Positions 1-12,676 of a stretch of DNA of 64,000 nt are shown here, piece after piece. Below the pieces are notes generated by a model. That model saw nothing but the letters and a program-made list of their open reading frames with translations. It ran no database searches and was not told where the DNA came from. The stretch is from contig NC_091473.1 of assembly GCF_036971445.1 (NCBI RefSeq), positions 86,986,001 to 87,050,000 of the forward strand, given 5' to 3'. The translations under genes were made by a program, and so were the position numbers. The stretch is from Narcine bancroftii (taxonomy: Eukaryota). The number at the start of each line of letters is the position of its first letter. Position 1 is the first letter of the stretch.

Positions 1-494
1 GGTTATTAGTCAATATATCATTCCAAATTGTCTGTCAAATCCATACAATAAGAAAAATAAAAGTTCTGCTTACAAGGTCAATTCTAGTATTTCGATTCTT
101 TCTAACGCCAAACCATTCCTTATCCTAAAATTGACAAGAATTCAAAATTATGTGTACAAGTATCACAAGTAACATTTTGTTCCTCAGCCAAGAAAATGAA
201 AATAGATTTATCTAATTGCAATTTATGAGTTGCTTTGTTATTTTATTGTGCACATTATTACAATAGTTCTTTAAATTCAATGATGTCCTGAACTTTACTG
301 GAACAACAAATAAGAGAATCATTTCAGATCTCATCATGACTGAGAATTTAATTTGAGCCTTTTTTATTAAAACTTAAAAATTGAACTTTAATTATGTTGC
401 TATCTAGGTTTCCATAAGGAAGAAGGCCAGCTCTCCTTGCATTGTCTGGCTTTGGTGGACTTTGACATCCAGATTAATGAAATTAATTTTTAAT

Positions 495-2150
495 TATAGA
501 ACATTGTAGTACAGTATAGGCCCTTCAGCCCACATCATTGTGCTGACCCATATATGCTACCAAAAAAACTAAACTCCCTCTACTTCATAACACTTTTTCT
601 TTCATCCATGTGCCTAAGAGTCTATTGTTCCAGCCGCCAGCACCACTTCTGCCAATGCATTCAAGGCACCCACAACTCTGTGTCGAAAAAAAATGTAGTC
701 CTGATTTCTCCCCTAAATTTTTCTCCCTTTTATACAGGTGTCCTCTGAGGTTTACTATTCCTGCCCTGGAAAAAAGGAGCTGGCCTATCAGAATTTTGTA
801 AACCTCCATTAAGTCACATTTCATCCTCCTTCACTCCAAAGAGAAAAGCCCTAGCTCTGCTAACCTTACCTCATAAAACACATTTTCTGATCCAGGCAAC
901 ATCCTGGTAAATACCCTCTGCACCCTACCATAGCTTCCACATCTTTCCTGTAATGAAGTGACCAGAGCAGAACACAATATTTTAAGTTTGGTCTCACCAG
1001 AGATTTATGGAGCTACAACATTACCTCATGACTCCTGAACTCAATCTCCTGATAAATGAAGCCCAGCGTAACGTAGGCCTTCTTAACTATCCTATCAACA
1101 TGTGTGGTGACCTTGAGAAATCTTAGTTTGGACCCCAAGGTGTCTCTGTTTTTTTGTACTATTAAATCTTCTACCATTAACCATGTACAATGCCTTCAGG
1201 TTTGACCTACCAAAATTGGTCACCTCACTGATCAGATTGAACTCCATCTGCCACTTTTCCACCCAATTCTGCATCTTGTCTATATCCCATTGTAACCTAT
1301 AACACCCTTCAGCACCATCCACAACCCCTCCAATCTTCATATCATCTGCATACTTGCTGACCCATCCCTCTTCTTCATCCAGGACATGTATAAAAATTAG
1401 AAAGAGTAGGGGGTCCCAGAACAGATGCCTGCGGAACTCCATTAGTCACTGACCTCTAGACAGAATATTTTCCATTCACTACCACTCTCTCCTTTCCACG
1501 GGCAAATCAATTCTGAATCCACACAGCCAAGGTTCCATGCATCCCATGCTTCGTGACTTTCTGAACGAGTCTCCCATGGGGGACCTTGTCAAATTACTGA
1601 CTAAAATCTATATACACATCTACTGCCCTACCTTCATCAATTTATTTTGTTATTTCCTCAAAAAGCTCAATTGGGCTCATGTGGCACAACCTCTCCTCAC
1701 AAAATGATACTGACTGTCTCTGAGAAGATTGTACTTCTCTAAATCATTTCCTTAAGAATCCTCTCCAATAGTTTGCCCACCACTGATGTAAGAATCACTG
1801 GTCTATAATTCCCAGGATCTCCCTATTACCTTTTTTTAAAATCAAGGGAATCCCGTTTGCCTTTCTCCAATTCCCCCATCATCTCTTCTGTGGTGAAGAG
1901 GGACTTATCAATCCTAATGTTTTTAAGAAGATCCAGCACTTGCTCAAAATTAATTTTAACGTGGTCCAGCATATCAACTTGTTCTATTTGACCTCACCTT
2001 GACCAAGATTCTTTTCTCTTGTGAATACTGAAGCAAAGTATTCATTTTGGGCCTTCCCTACCTTCCTGGCACATTTGCCTCTGTTATCTTAAATGGCCCT
2101 ACCTTCACTCTCATCATCCTTCTGTTCTTCACATAAGCATAGATCGCCTT
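495..2150 (-). mobile_element. CR1/HER1-type LINE, decayed RT region and 3' end
   Basis: ORF 1095-1442 has the CR1 RT motifs KYADD and WQMEFN; typical 3' tail near 495-540. Boundaries approximate. Confidence 0.8.
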
Positions 2151-2380
2151 GTTACTGAAATATTTTGCTTGAGAAAAATTGTCATTGGTGCATTTCCTTT
2201 GGAGTTATGAAACCGTGCATATAACAAGTCAATTAAGTACGATTAAAACAGTGGTTTTCAAACTTTTTCTTTCCACCCACATACCACCTTAAGCAATCCC
2301 TTACTAATCACAGAGCACCTATGGCATAGGGAATACTTAAAATGGTATGTGAATGGAAAGAAAAAGATTGAGAACCACTG
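2150..2380. mobile_element. Partial copy of the composite hAT MITE (spacer plus one palindromic arm)
   Basis: TIRs cagtggttttcaa / ttgagaaccactg; closely similar to 54947-55176. Confidence 0.8.
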
Positions 2381-3182
2381 CTCTACAGTGTCTGTGGTAA
2401 CAGTTCACTCATGCCAGATATATTTAAATACTGGCCAAAGTGAATACAGAAATGGTTTCAAAAAGTCTTTTACTGTGTGATTAATATTTAGTAGAAAGTA
2501 GAACATTTCTTGTATATTCTAATTTTAAAACACCTGATTAAGGGTCCTATGATAAATCATCAATTTTTTGAGAAAGTTGTTTGAGATTTATGATAGAGTA
2601 GTTAAATATTTGGAACAAACAATATTCTTGCAACAGAATAATTTTTTGGAGCAAATTTTATTTAAAAATCACTGTGATCACTTCCGTTGAACGTTGCAGT
2701 CTCTTGTTTCTCAGCCGTTCATCAGGAATTTCCAGTGAAGGGCTCAGGCCTGAAACATCGACTGCCTTTTACTTCCTATGGAGTTGAGTTTCTCCAGCAC
2801 TTTTGTGCACTGCACTAGAGCCTAGCATCTGCAGATGTTCTTTCTCATGTCTCCTTTGAACCTTTTGCTCATTGGAATGTTAAAATCACTGTTTTTCTTT
2901 TGGTTTTAATTTTAGGTAAAGACAATGCCATTACAGTGATTAGTTTCGCTGCTATGAAGAATTATTCTTGACACTTTTTAAACTTTGAGCCATGAAATTA
3001 ATTGAAAAGCATAGACATAGCCTGAGTGCTGTCTCAAGAGAGAATATTATTGCTTTAGGGTTAAGATTTGGCTGGAAATTGTCCTTGTCTACACTGTTAC
3101 TCCACTGAGAAGATTTTTTGAAGGTATTAAATTATCATAATGTGCAGATTTTTTTTATTTCCTTTCCTCCCCCACTCTTCAG

Positions 3183-3290
3183 TCAATCTGGTCAAGTTCA
3201 ATGATGCATCCTGGACCCTCTGCACTGGAGCAGCTGCTAATGCAGCAGAAGCAACAGCGAGGACTCGGCACACTGAACCCACCACACTGA
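3183..3290 (+). CDS. SMG7: SMG7 (NMD factor), last coding exon: SIWSSSMMHPGPSALEQLLMQQKQQRGLGTLNPPH*
   Basis: Polypyrimidine tract plus AG at 3181-3182, then a 108-nt frame ending TGA at 3288-3290. The peptide matches the SMG7 C-terminus as recalled (SIWSSSMMHPGPSALEQLLMQQKQKQQRGQGTMNPPH). SMG7 neighbours NCF2 in human. Confidence 0.93.
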   Translation, partial: SIWSSSMMHPGPSALEQLLMQQKQQRGLGTLNPPH

Positions 3291-5350
3291 GAGGCACAAT
3301 GGCATGACCGGTGAATCCAGGTTACACAACTCAAGGCATGTTGGGTTTGCATAACAACCCACGGTCCCCTGCAGGTGGCAGCCTTCTCTTTGTGTTTTCT
3401 TACTGGAGAGAGGGCGTAAGCACTCCACCAGTGCTGCGTGTGCACAAAGCTGCTGCTGAGGAAAAAAAAACAAAAAAAGAACATTACATGCTTCCTGTCA
3501 CTTCCAGAGGAAGGTCCATCACCCACCTCACAGTTATCTCCTAACCACTTGATTCTACTGAAAGATGCCCTATATTCTTCTCTATTTTATACATCTCTAA
3601 TATGGTTGGGCAAGAAAGGAGATGAAATAGGAAGGAAAACCCAAGTGGGCTGAGGTAGTGTTAAATAAAATAAGAGGAGAATCAGCTAATGAATGCTCTG
3701 CTAGTGAGGATGTGGTTAAGTTTTTTTTTTAAATCCTCTGTCATGGTTTTTGAGAGTGATCTTCTGCTCTGTTAAGGAACAGGTGTGCTTGTAATCTCTA
3801 AATGTAGTGACACTGGCCCATTTGTCAGCTTTCCTCAAACCTATTACATAAGGACGTGGAGGCATTCTGTTAGTAAATTTATATGAAGGCATCTTTTCAG
3901 ACAGGCAAGAGTTTTGTGTGTTTGAAAGCAGCTTCACATCACTGCACCTTTAGCGATTAGATTTTTTAAAAGGAAAAAACTAGTTAATGTCGATAGCTGC
4001 AGTAGTAATTACAATATTAAATACTTGTGATACGCTCTGTAGCAATCCTAGCTCAAATGTTGATAAGACGTGCAACAGAGCTCTGCTTTAAACAAAAAAA
4101 AAGCAGAAATTGCGAAGGATTTTAAATTAGTGGTTTTTGATCATAACAGTAGCTATAAATTTTACTATAGCATACCAACCTTGAAATGGGTTAATTTATC
4201 TATTTAGTTCTAGTTCTGGCTTTTTTTTAATTATTAGATAAAAACAGCTTTTGTCAGCTTCTGTCTGATGGTAAATTTTATTCCTGATTTGGCAGTGTCT
4301 TTCAAAGTGGAAAAAGGGTCCAGCAATGCTGCTGGTTCAGCAAAATGGGGCACAAAGCAGGTATGTGAGTCAGTGGGCCACTCGTACTTGTGGATGTTGG
4401 TTACTGCATGTGGCCACCTGCTACTCCCATTTACAATTTAAAGGAAAAATTATACGAAAAGCATGGGTCACACACTGTGGTCATCCTATCAGTAAGTTTC
4501 AGGATCTTGAATGTAACAAACATTTGTCCTTTTTGAGCTTTGTGGAAAGATCTGACTGAATGTATTGTTTGCAGACCCATGTAAAAATGTCTGTTAAAAT
4601 CATTCTTCCGTAATGAAAAAGTACTTGCAGAAGAAATGATTTCTGATGGCAAAAGCTGATGTAATTACAGGAAACCAATGTGTTCTGTTCTTATTTTGCA
4701 ATTGAAGAGTTACATTGTCTAAGTCACTGAAAGCTGTTCAAGATCAATATCTCATGCTTGTGGGGGTAAAGTAGAGCGCTCAGATGGTGGTGGTAATGAT
4801 CATTCAGGCCAGGTTTGATAAGAAGTGCAACACTAGAAAGGATAGGTGTGGAAAAATTGTTCTGAGAAATGATATTTAACAACTTCTCACAGTCTGAAGA
4901 CTGAAAAGCAGCTAAGACCACCTCCACTCACTGTTTTTATATATATATATTTATATATAAAAAGGAAGTCCACCAGTACTTTGTGCCAGTTCGAGGTCTT
5001 GCTGTACAGTCAACCCACTGAAACATTCCACCATTCTGCTCTGGTCACCTAAATCTAAAGCAATTCTGGTACTGAATCACCTCATCCTCAAGTGTATTCA
5101 CTGAGCTGACAAGTCCCAGAATGTTAGCAGAGGTACCAGGACATGAATTCACAACCTGCATGCATGTATGCTGTTCAGAATAATTACATTTCTGGGGAAC
5201 AGGAGCACTGCAAGAAAGATTATAGGGCCCTTGGAAGAAAATAAAATCTGTTCTGAGCTTTTGTGTTCATGTCTCTTTTGTGTAAGAACTTGTGCAGCAA
5301 TTGCTGGAATCAGCTTTGCCTTCAATAAATGAAACCATGTTCTAAATAAA
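3291..5350 (+). other. SMG7: Probable long SMG7 3'UTR; end uncertain
   Basis: Repeat-poor, U-rich stretch after the stop. AATAAA occurs at about 3664, 5240, 5324 and 5345. The sequence alone does not show which signal is used. Confidence 0.45.
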
Positions 5351-6456
5351 AGTTTATGTTTAATCACTTGGTTCTTCGCACAATGTTTTCCTTTTGAGGG
5401 TGATCCTTGAAGGAAAAATCTACAAACATGGGTGTGGTGCTAAACTTACATTAAACATTGTTAAAGATGCAAGATATATTGTGTTGTGTGCTACTTGCAT
5501 TTTCAAGATTTCTAATCTTTATATTTAAATCATGCAGGTTTGAAATGAATGTCACAGTTCCTTGCTGTTATATGATTATCTCTGCTGCAAATGAATGAGA
5601 GTAGGATTGGGCCTAGTTTAAATGCTCTGGTTTTTGAATAAAATGATGCAATGTCCTGTTCTTGAATTATAAATGAGGGATCATTTGGGGAGGTACTATA
5701 GCGACCTATGGAATTGTTCTTAAGAATGTTGCATTCTTGACCCTTGGTTGGCAATTTGGGCATTCCAAAACTCATTGCAGAGACTTGAGTACAAAAATTG
5801 AAGGTGGCACCCCAGTGCAATAGTGATCCAGTGTTGTGCTTTTGGGAGGAGGTGTTTTATTTCAGAGAAGGTTTTGTCTGCTCTTCTAGGGAGACCCCAC
5901 TGCACTCATCAAAAAATGGCAAGGAAATTCCCCTTAGTGATTGTACCAAATTATCCCTTGATATCAGTAAAAGCAAATGAATCTTGTTATTTATTCATGG
6001 GAATTGATGTGCACAACTTGGGTACTGCTTTTCTGAGGTTGTCAGGCACTGGAAGATTCTTTGGTCAGGAAGGTAGTGTTCTAATGCAGGTTTTTTCTTC
6101 ATCGTACTCATTCTTAAAGAAAAAGGGCATTTCAGAAAATCGGAGGTTGCAGTCCATCAATAACCAGCAAAACCAAATACAATTGTAAACTTTTACACTG
6201 AGTGATTATTGCTTCCTTTAGTCAGACCTTTGAGCATGCAATATATTCTAAGGAACTGCAGCAGAATGAAGAAATAATCAAGTGGGGAAATTGTTTAAAA
6301 AGGTAGGAATTCCTATGCTTTAAAATTGCTTTGTGTTTGGTGACTTGTTATATATTAAAAGTTGCTCTATACAAATGCCCTTTTATGATGCAGGAGGAGG
6401 CCATTCTTTTTCACACCATTCTCCTCCCCATTTCCCTGCATCCCTACAATTTATTA

Positions 6457-7973
6457 CAGTAAAACTCCCAGTATCCAGCACCGTATGAGATGCCGAATAT
6501 GCAAATTTGCTTGAGACTCACTCTTACAATGCCTAACTAATAAACTAATCCACCAGCATTAAGAATCAACAGTTTAAAGGACAAAAGATAGTGCAAAATG
6601 TAAAGCAATTTGAATAAGATCAGTATTGCAGTCCTTAATTAATCACGTGTGACAGTATGTAGATATGTTTTTGGGAGATAAATTGGGGCAGGCTTGTTAG
6701 TGTAGGTTACATACAAACACTTTAAAACAGATCTTATTTAAAATCCCGGAGCTCTGCTCATGCTAAGACATTTCAGGGCCAACGGGCTTTGAAAAAGCTT
6801 TGGAGAGTGGCCAAGAGAGCCACAGATTGTCTGGAGGGTCATGTGGTTCTTTAAGCAGAAAGAGATAAACAGAGAGAGAAGAGACATACACACAGAGATC
6901 AGTTCTACAGTGTTACAGTCAGCAACAGCAACTGAGACTGGAACAGGACAAGTTGGCAAGCTTGTGGAAAAACCCATTTGGAAGACAGGTTGTGAGTGCT
7001 TAGTTCAGCCTGGTCAAAACCCTTGTGGTTCATGCAAGAGAAGAGGACTGGCTGTCTAATGTTTCACTTGAAATAAGGGAAACTAAAAGGAACCCTGTAG
7101 TGACCTGAAAGAAAGAGGTTATCATCTGGAGAACCCTGAGGGGAAAAGTTTCTTTAGCAAGACACTGAAGTAGCTGATTAAAAAAGGAATCAGTTGTGGG
7201 TGTCAGCATGCAATGAATCTCTCTGAATACCAACAAGAACCGTCCTGAGTGGTAACCATTTGCCTTTCAAGCACCAAAGCCTGGTGAACTTTATAAATGT
7301 TAAATTCTGTGCACGGTATAAGAATTGCCTGCAACCAGTGAACTTGGAGGAATGAGAAGTGAGATTGGACTGTGAATTAACAAACTTTTCTGAACTTACA
7401 CATACGTGCACTTAGAATTAGAAGGGGGTTAAGTTAGATTAGTTAAGTCAATAGTGATAAAGTGTGATTCTGTTTTCATGTTTAAAGATAATTAAAAGTA
7501 AATTTTGTTAAAGTAACCATTTGTCTTGGTGAATATCTATGGCTGCTGGGTTTTGGGGTCCTCTGGGCTCGTAACACAGGTAATTCCCGTAACTTACAGC
7601 ATTAGTGATTGGAATTTAAATTTTGTAACAGCATTAACCCCCCCCCCTCTCCCCCACGTTTACAGACATATACTTAATAATATACTGATTAAAGCCTATT
7701 ACTAAGCAGGAAGCCAATAACGAGCAGCATCAACCAGCTCTTTACCCTGGGCGACACAAAAAATGTTTTCAAATACAGCTTTATTCAAATAGCACAACCA
7801 AGGCATTCCACTAGCTGAATATTTGTTCCCTGTCTTCACCAAAGGTTTGTGTTATTTCAGAGAACAATTACAATTTTAAACTTTATTTAAATTTTTATTT
7901 ATTTGAAATTATTTATCATCTCAATTTTTCTTTTTCCCAGTTGCTTGAATTCTGGATAATGGGGATTTTGCAA
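6457..7973. mobile_element. Tc1/mariner (Tigger-like) MITE interrupted by a solo LTR
   Basis: TA followed by cagtaaaactccc; both ends match the MITE at about 38563-38785 in reverse complement. Confidence 0.6.
6648..7576. mobile_element. Solo LTR, copy 1
   Basis: TGTGACA...CGTAACA termini; flanks cacg/cagg (4-bp TSD, 1 mismatch); direct repeat of 35435-36463. Confidence 0.75.
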
Positions 7974-9259
7974 TATATTTTGCATTTCCTTTTGGATTCC
8001 TTTTGCCACTTGTACCAAGTGGTAGTTTCCAACAGCTAATTAATTTACCATCAAATTATCAGGATGTGCAAGGAAAGTGGAGAAACAAGGTGGGACACAC
8101 CCTGGGTCAGTCCCAAGTCCTGGAGCTATAAGGCAAACTGCTGCATCACAAGTTTAACTCTCTAGCAAAGTTAAATTTGCTGGTGGTACCAATTGAGAAA
8201 TGAAATGGTCAAAGCTGAACAACTTGCATTTATGTTGCACCTTTTAGATATATGAACAGAAATTTTGTCAAACCATGTTTGACATTGGTACAAATGAGAT
8301 GTAGGACCAAATTTAGGCAGGTTTTAAAGAGGACTTTTAACAAAGTGAATTTTGAGATTGAGAGGCACCTAAATCAGTATACAATGGCTGTTGGGAAGGA
8401 GGCAGCAAATTTTGGGCTGTTCACGTTTATTGAGATGGATCAAAGCAGACTGGCTAGCAATGAATTAGGATTGTTAGAACTCGAGGTAACATGGGCTTCT
8501 GAGGCCATAATCCATACTTGTGAGTTTGTGAATGGAATTAAGTGATGTCATAGAAACATAAATGAGCAGTCTTCATGCAGGTTTAGATGTACGCTCCAAA
8601 GTTCTCTGGAGAAGTCTGGGTCAGATGAATGGCATCAAAATTTTGACATTTGAGAAGCAAAGCTTCCACTTTTTAAAAAATTCTGATTGGCTGCAGCATT
8701 GGCAGGAACCTTTGGGCTAGTCACGAAGAGTCCATGGAATAGAGCAGCCAGTGGTACTGAATATGATTGATTTGGGGAAATGGAAAGAAAAATGTAGCAA
8801 AGTCTCAGGTATGGAGTTTGGTTGACAGCTTTGATTGAAGCCTGATGCTGTTAAATTTGCTATTAGCTCAGGACAGCAATCCCCACCCCACATTGTTCTC
8901 CCCTTCATTTTGCTAACATTATCCTTCCTCTAAAGTAAAATTGTTTCCTTTGGACAATTTTATTTAGGGGTCAATGTAATCCAAATTTCTGACAGGTCCA
9001 AAATGCCCATCATATTCCTGGCAGTGATTTGGCCAAGTGACAGAAAGCCAGTTGAGATAGTGCTAAAAAAAGAATGCATTCTTTAAAGAGATGTACTGCC
9101 TGTATTTTTTAAGTTGAACTGAAAACTATTGGGTAAGATTGATTGCAATACTGAAATTAGTTGTCTTGACTCACTGAATTTCAATGTTATCTGGGCCTAT
9201 TGGAATGTTGTTGACAACATATTTGGGAAACTAACTTGCCAAATTTCTTAAGAAATTAC

Positions 9260-10350
9260 TTGGGAGAGCTATAAGGGGGCACGAGAAGACATTGGACAAG
9301 CAGGGTCAAAGAAAATCTTGAAGCATTATGCACAAGTGTAGAACAAAAGTATGACTAATATAAGGGTAGGATAAAGGCGAGAACATGTGTCTAGAGCTAG
9401 GAGAGGTCCTAAATATTTTGCTTCGATGCTCACTAGGAAGAGGGACCTTGGTGAATGTGATGTCAGCATAGAACAGGCTAATGTACTGGAGAATGTTGTG
9501 GTTTAGAATGAGGAAGTGCTGGATCTTGTTAAAAATATTTAGATAAGTTCCCCAGACTGGATGTGATAAACCCTAGGTACTGCAGGAAGCCATTGCGGGG
9601 ACATTGGCAATGATCTTCAAGTCTTCCCCAGCCATGTGAGGGGTACTGGATAATTATAGAATGACAAATGTAGTTCCCTTCTTTAAGAAAGGCAAGAGAA
9701 AGAATCCTGGAAACCATAGATCAATGAGTCTTACCTCAATGGTGGGCAAACTATTGAAGAGGATTCTTAGGGACACGATTTATGAGCTTTTCTCAGCATG
9801 AGTTTGTAAAGGACAGATGGTGCTGGCTTTTATTAGTTGGATTGAGATCAAGAGCCATGAACTAATGTAGCTCCATAAAAGTCTCGTTAAAACACTTGGA
9901 GTATTATGTTCAGTTCTGGTTGCCTGGATTGGGGAACATGTCCTATGAAGTCAGGTTGACAGAGCTAGAGCTTTTCTCTTTGGCTTGATGAAGGATGAGA
10001 GGTGACTTAATAAGGTACATAAAGTCATGAGGGGTTGAAGTAAACAGCCAGTACCTTATTCCTGGGGCAACAATAGCAAGTACCAGAAGACATCTGTAAA
10101 GTGAGTGGAGGAAAGTTTAAGGGAAACATGAGAGGTATGGTTTTTTAATACACAAAGTGGTGAGTCTGGAATATATTGCTGGGCGGGGTGGTGGAGGCTG
10201 GTAGCAATGGAATATTCATAAGACTCAGATTAACTCATGGATGTACATATCGAAGAAAAATTAGTGTGAGGTAGGGAATGATTTGTTGGTCGTAGAGTAG
10301 GTTTACATAGGTCGGCATAACGTCATAGGCCAAAGGACCTGTACTATTCC
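9260..10350 (+). mobile_element. Decayed CR1 LINE fragment
   Basis: CR1 ORF2-like pieces (PLFKKG, VGKLL) and a CR1-like 3' end; many deletions. Confidence 0.7.
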
Positions 10351-12575
10351 AAATTTGTTTCCAAAAAGAAAGAAAAATAATTCATGATATTATAACTAAC
10401 CCATGTTTGCAAAACTTATAAAAATGCATTGTTGAACACCAGCTAACCAAAACAAATCTAGGTAGTGTGTCATGGAATCTACTATTTGAGCTAGAGAACA
10501 TGGACAATGCCATTCTTGTCATTTCTAAAGTACATGATTCTGTCATGGTTGACAAGTGAGTTTGCCTTTGGTGCAAAAATATGTTTACAAAGCAAGCAAT
10601 TGAAGTTCTATTAAGGAGAACAAAGGCAATTAATTTACTAAGTTTATTGAATTATTCTTAAGGTACATACGAATGCGAAGCAGGTGTAGGCCCTCAAGCT
10701 TGCTGTGTCCTCTCTGCTTTTTAGGCAGTCCTTTGGGATTGAGCAGGATTTGTTTCCAAGCTGGTTTTGTGGATTCTCTGGCTCATAAGCAAATCACAGA
10801 CAGTTCCCCAGATGGAGTAGAAGGTGCCTGGAGAGGCAGGTGAGTCGGTCATTTGTGAGGTGATGTGTTCTGCCATTTACAGTGCTTTGAGCTGATTCAA
10901 AGACTCTGTTCTTAGCATGATCCCAAATGCTCTTCAGTTTGATCAGTCATAGACCAAGGCTTTTCAAGAATTGGTGGGAATATTCCATTATTTTTATTAA
11001 TTTGATAGAGAAATATTACATGTAAACATTGTTTAGCTATTAGCTTTTCTATAATGCATGGCAGAATGAGTCACATATCAATTATAAATTGTCTTATATA
11101 ATTCACAAAAAGTGAAATATCCTTGAGAATTTCACCTTGTATTCCAATATTGAGATATACATTGTGATTATCTAAATCAATCTCTTCTAGTTATAACAAA
11201 GGGAAAAAAAAACCCATACTAATCTAATTTCTCCTACTAAACAGGGTCACAAGCAAATAAAATGCAAAGAATTGAGTATTGACTGTTAGACATTGGATAG
11301 AAAACCCCCAGAGCATCCCTGCCTAAGTAATCGAATTATGATAATAATCCATGAATGGACTTTGTATCTAGTCAAATTCAACCTTGATCTCTTCAACATT
11401 ATATCTAATTTTCTCCAAACTCAAGCAAGACATAACATCCTGTAACCATTACATATGAGTTTGTGCTATGCTGTCTCTCCATCTTAGCAAAATTGCTCAA
11501 AATTGATAAAACAGATTTATTTTTTTATTTAACATTTTCCCATGGTGGATTGATAGCAATTATTTATAGTACTTTGATGGACCAAAGGATATGTTCAGGG
11601 GCAGGATCAAGAATGAATGGGAACGAGACTTGAATACATCAATTTCAGATGAAAATTGGGATAACACGCTTGATCTGATAATACTTTATTCTGTGCACGG
11701 CATTGTTTAATACAATTTAAAGTTGTACATAGAATACATCTGTCCAAAGTTAGATTCTCATTTTTGTCCTGATGTTGATCCACTATTTGACAAATGTAAA
11801 ATGTTTGAGGCTTCCATAGATGCTCTGTGGTTAATAAGGGATTACTTAAGAAGGGATGTGAGTGAGGGGAAAAAATGGTTGTGAACCACAAATCTAAATT
11901 CTTCCTAACTATATATCTGTGCATGGACTACCAGTAACAGACCTGTCAAAGAAATGGAAAGATATGCCACCAATGCTGCAAAATTAGCAATATTTACTGG
12001 CGGGATTAAAGAACCAACAATGATGTCTCCCAAGGCCAACATCCCTTATTTCAAGACTTTAATTCATTCTATTCTATCCATATGCCAAAAATCAGATTCT
12101 TCCTCATGGTAAATGATTTAAATCATTTTCCCCTTAAGAAAAGTGGAATTATTTGAGAATATGCTCAATTTTTTCTTTAATTTTTGAGGGTTTTGGTTGG
12201 TTGGGAAACCCTGGCCCATGAAATTGCATTGGGACATTGGGAACTTGGAATCTTCAGCATTTGAAAGGCCAATGAAAGTTATAGAAATACCTCCCGACCT
12301 AGCAGGAACCTTTAGTTTCACATGGCAGGGTCTGCGGTTCCTCCACTTCTCCCACATCAAACACCTCTTAACCTAAAGAATTGGAGGGAAAGCAAGTCAA
12401 TCCTCAATCCCAAGGTACAAACTACTGACACTAAGTTACCTTGCAACTCAACACATACAAGGAAGAAACATATCCATATTCAGAGGATCACCATTTTATG
12501 TATACAAACTACAAACTTTATCTTAATCTTGATATTCTTGGAGAAAAGGACCTCTTCAAAAATGTAATGTTTCAT

Positions 12576-12676
12576 TCATGGATTCTTAGTTTCAGCTTCG
12601 CTTAATTCTTTGATGAAGGTTACTGGGAAAATTCCAGTGTTTCCTTTACATTGCCCTTCCAACCAGTTGTCATTTA
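12576..12676 (-). CDS. NCF2: NCF2 last coding exon: [33 protein letters not shown]
   Basis: CTTTTTCTTCACAG acceptor; WLEG and GIFP SH3 motifs; TGA at 12578-12576. Confidence 0.93.

Noticed and set aside
3311-3544. ORFs overlapping the SMG7 3'UTR, or stop-codon readthrough
   Set aside because: Non-ATG start, and the readthrough frame stops after 7 codons with no readthrough motif.
6253-6302. AG...GT-bounded 50-nt segment (ELQQNEEIIKWGNCLK) as an alternative SMG7 exon
   Set aside because: Weak polypyrimidine tract, no recognisable homology, and no downstream partner exon identified.
6738-7059. Paralogous small ORFs here and at 35563-35945
   Set aside because: They are chance frames within the two solo LTR copies.
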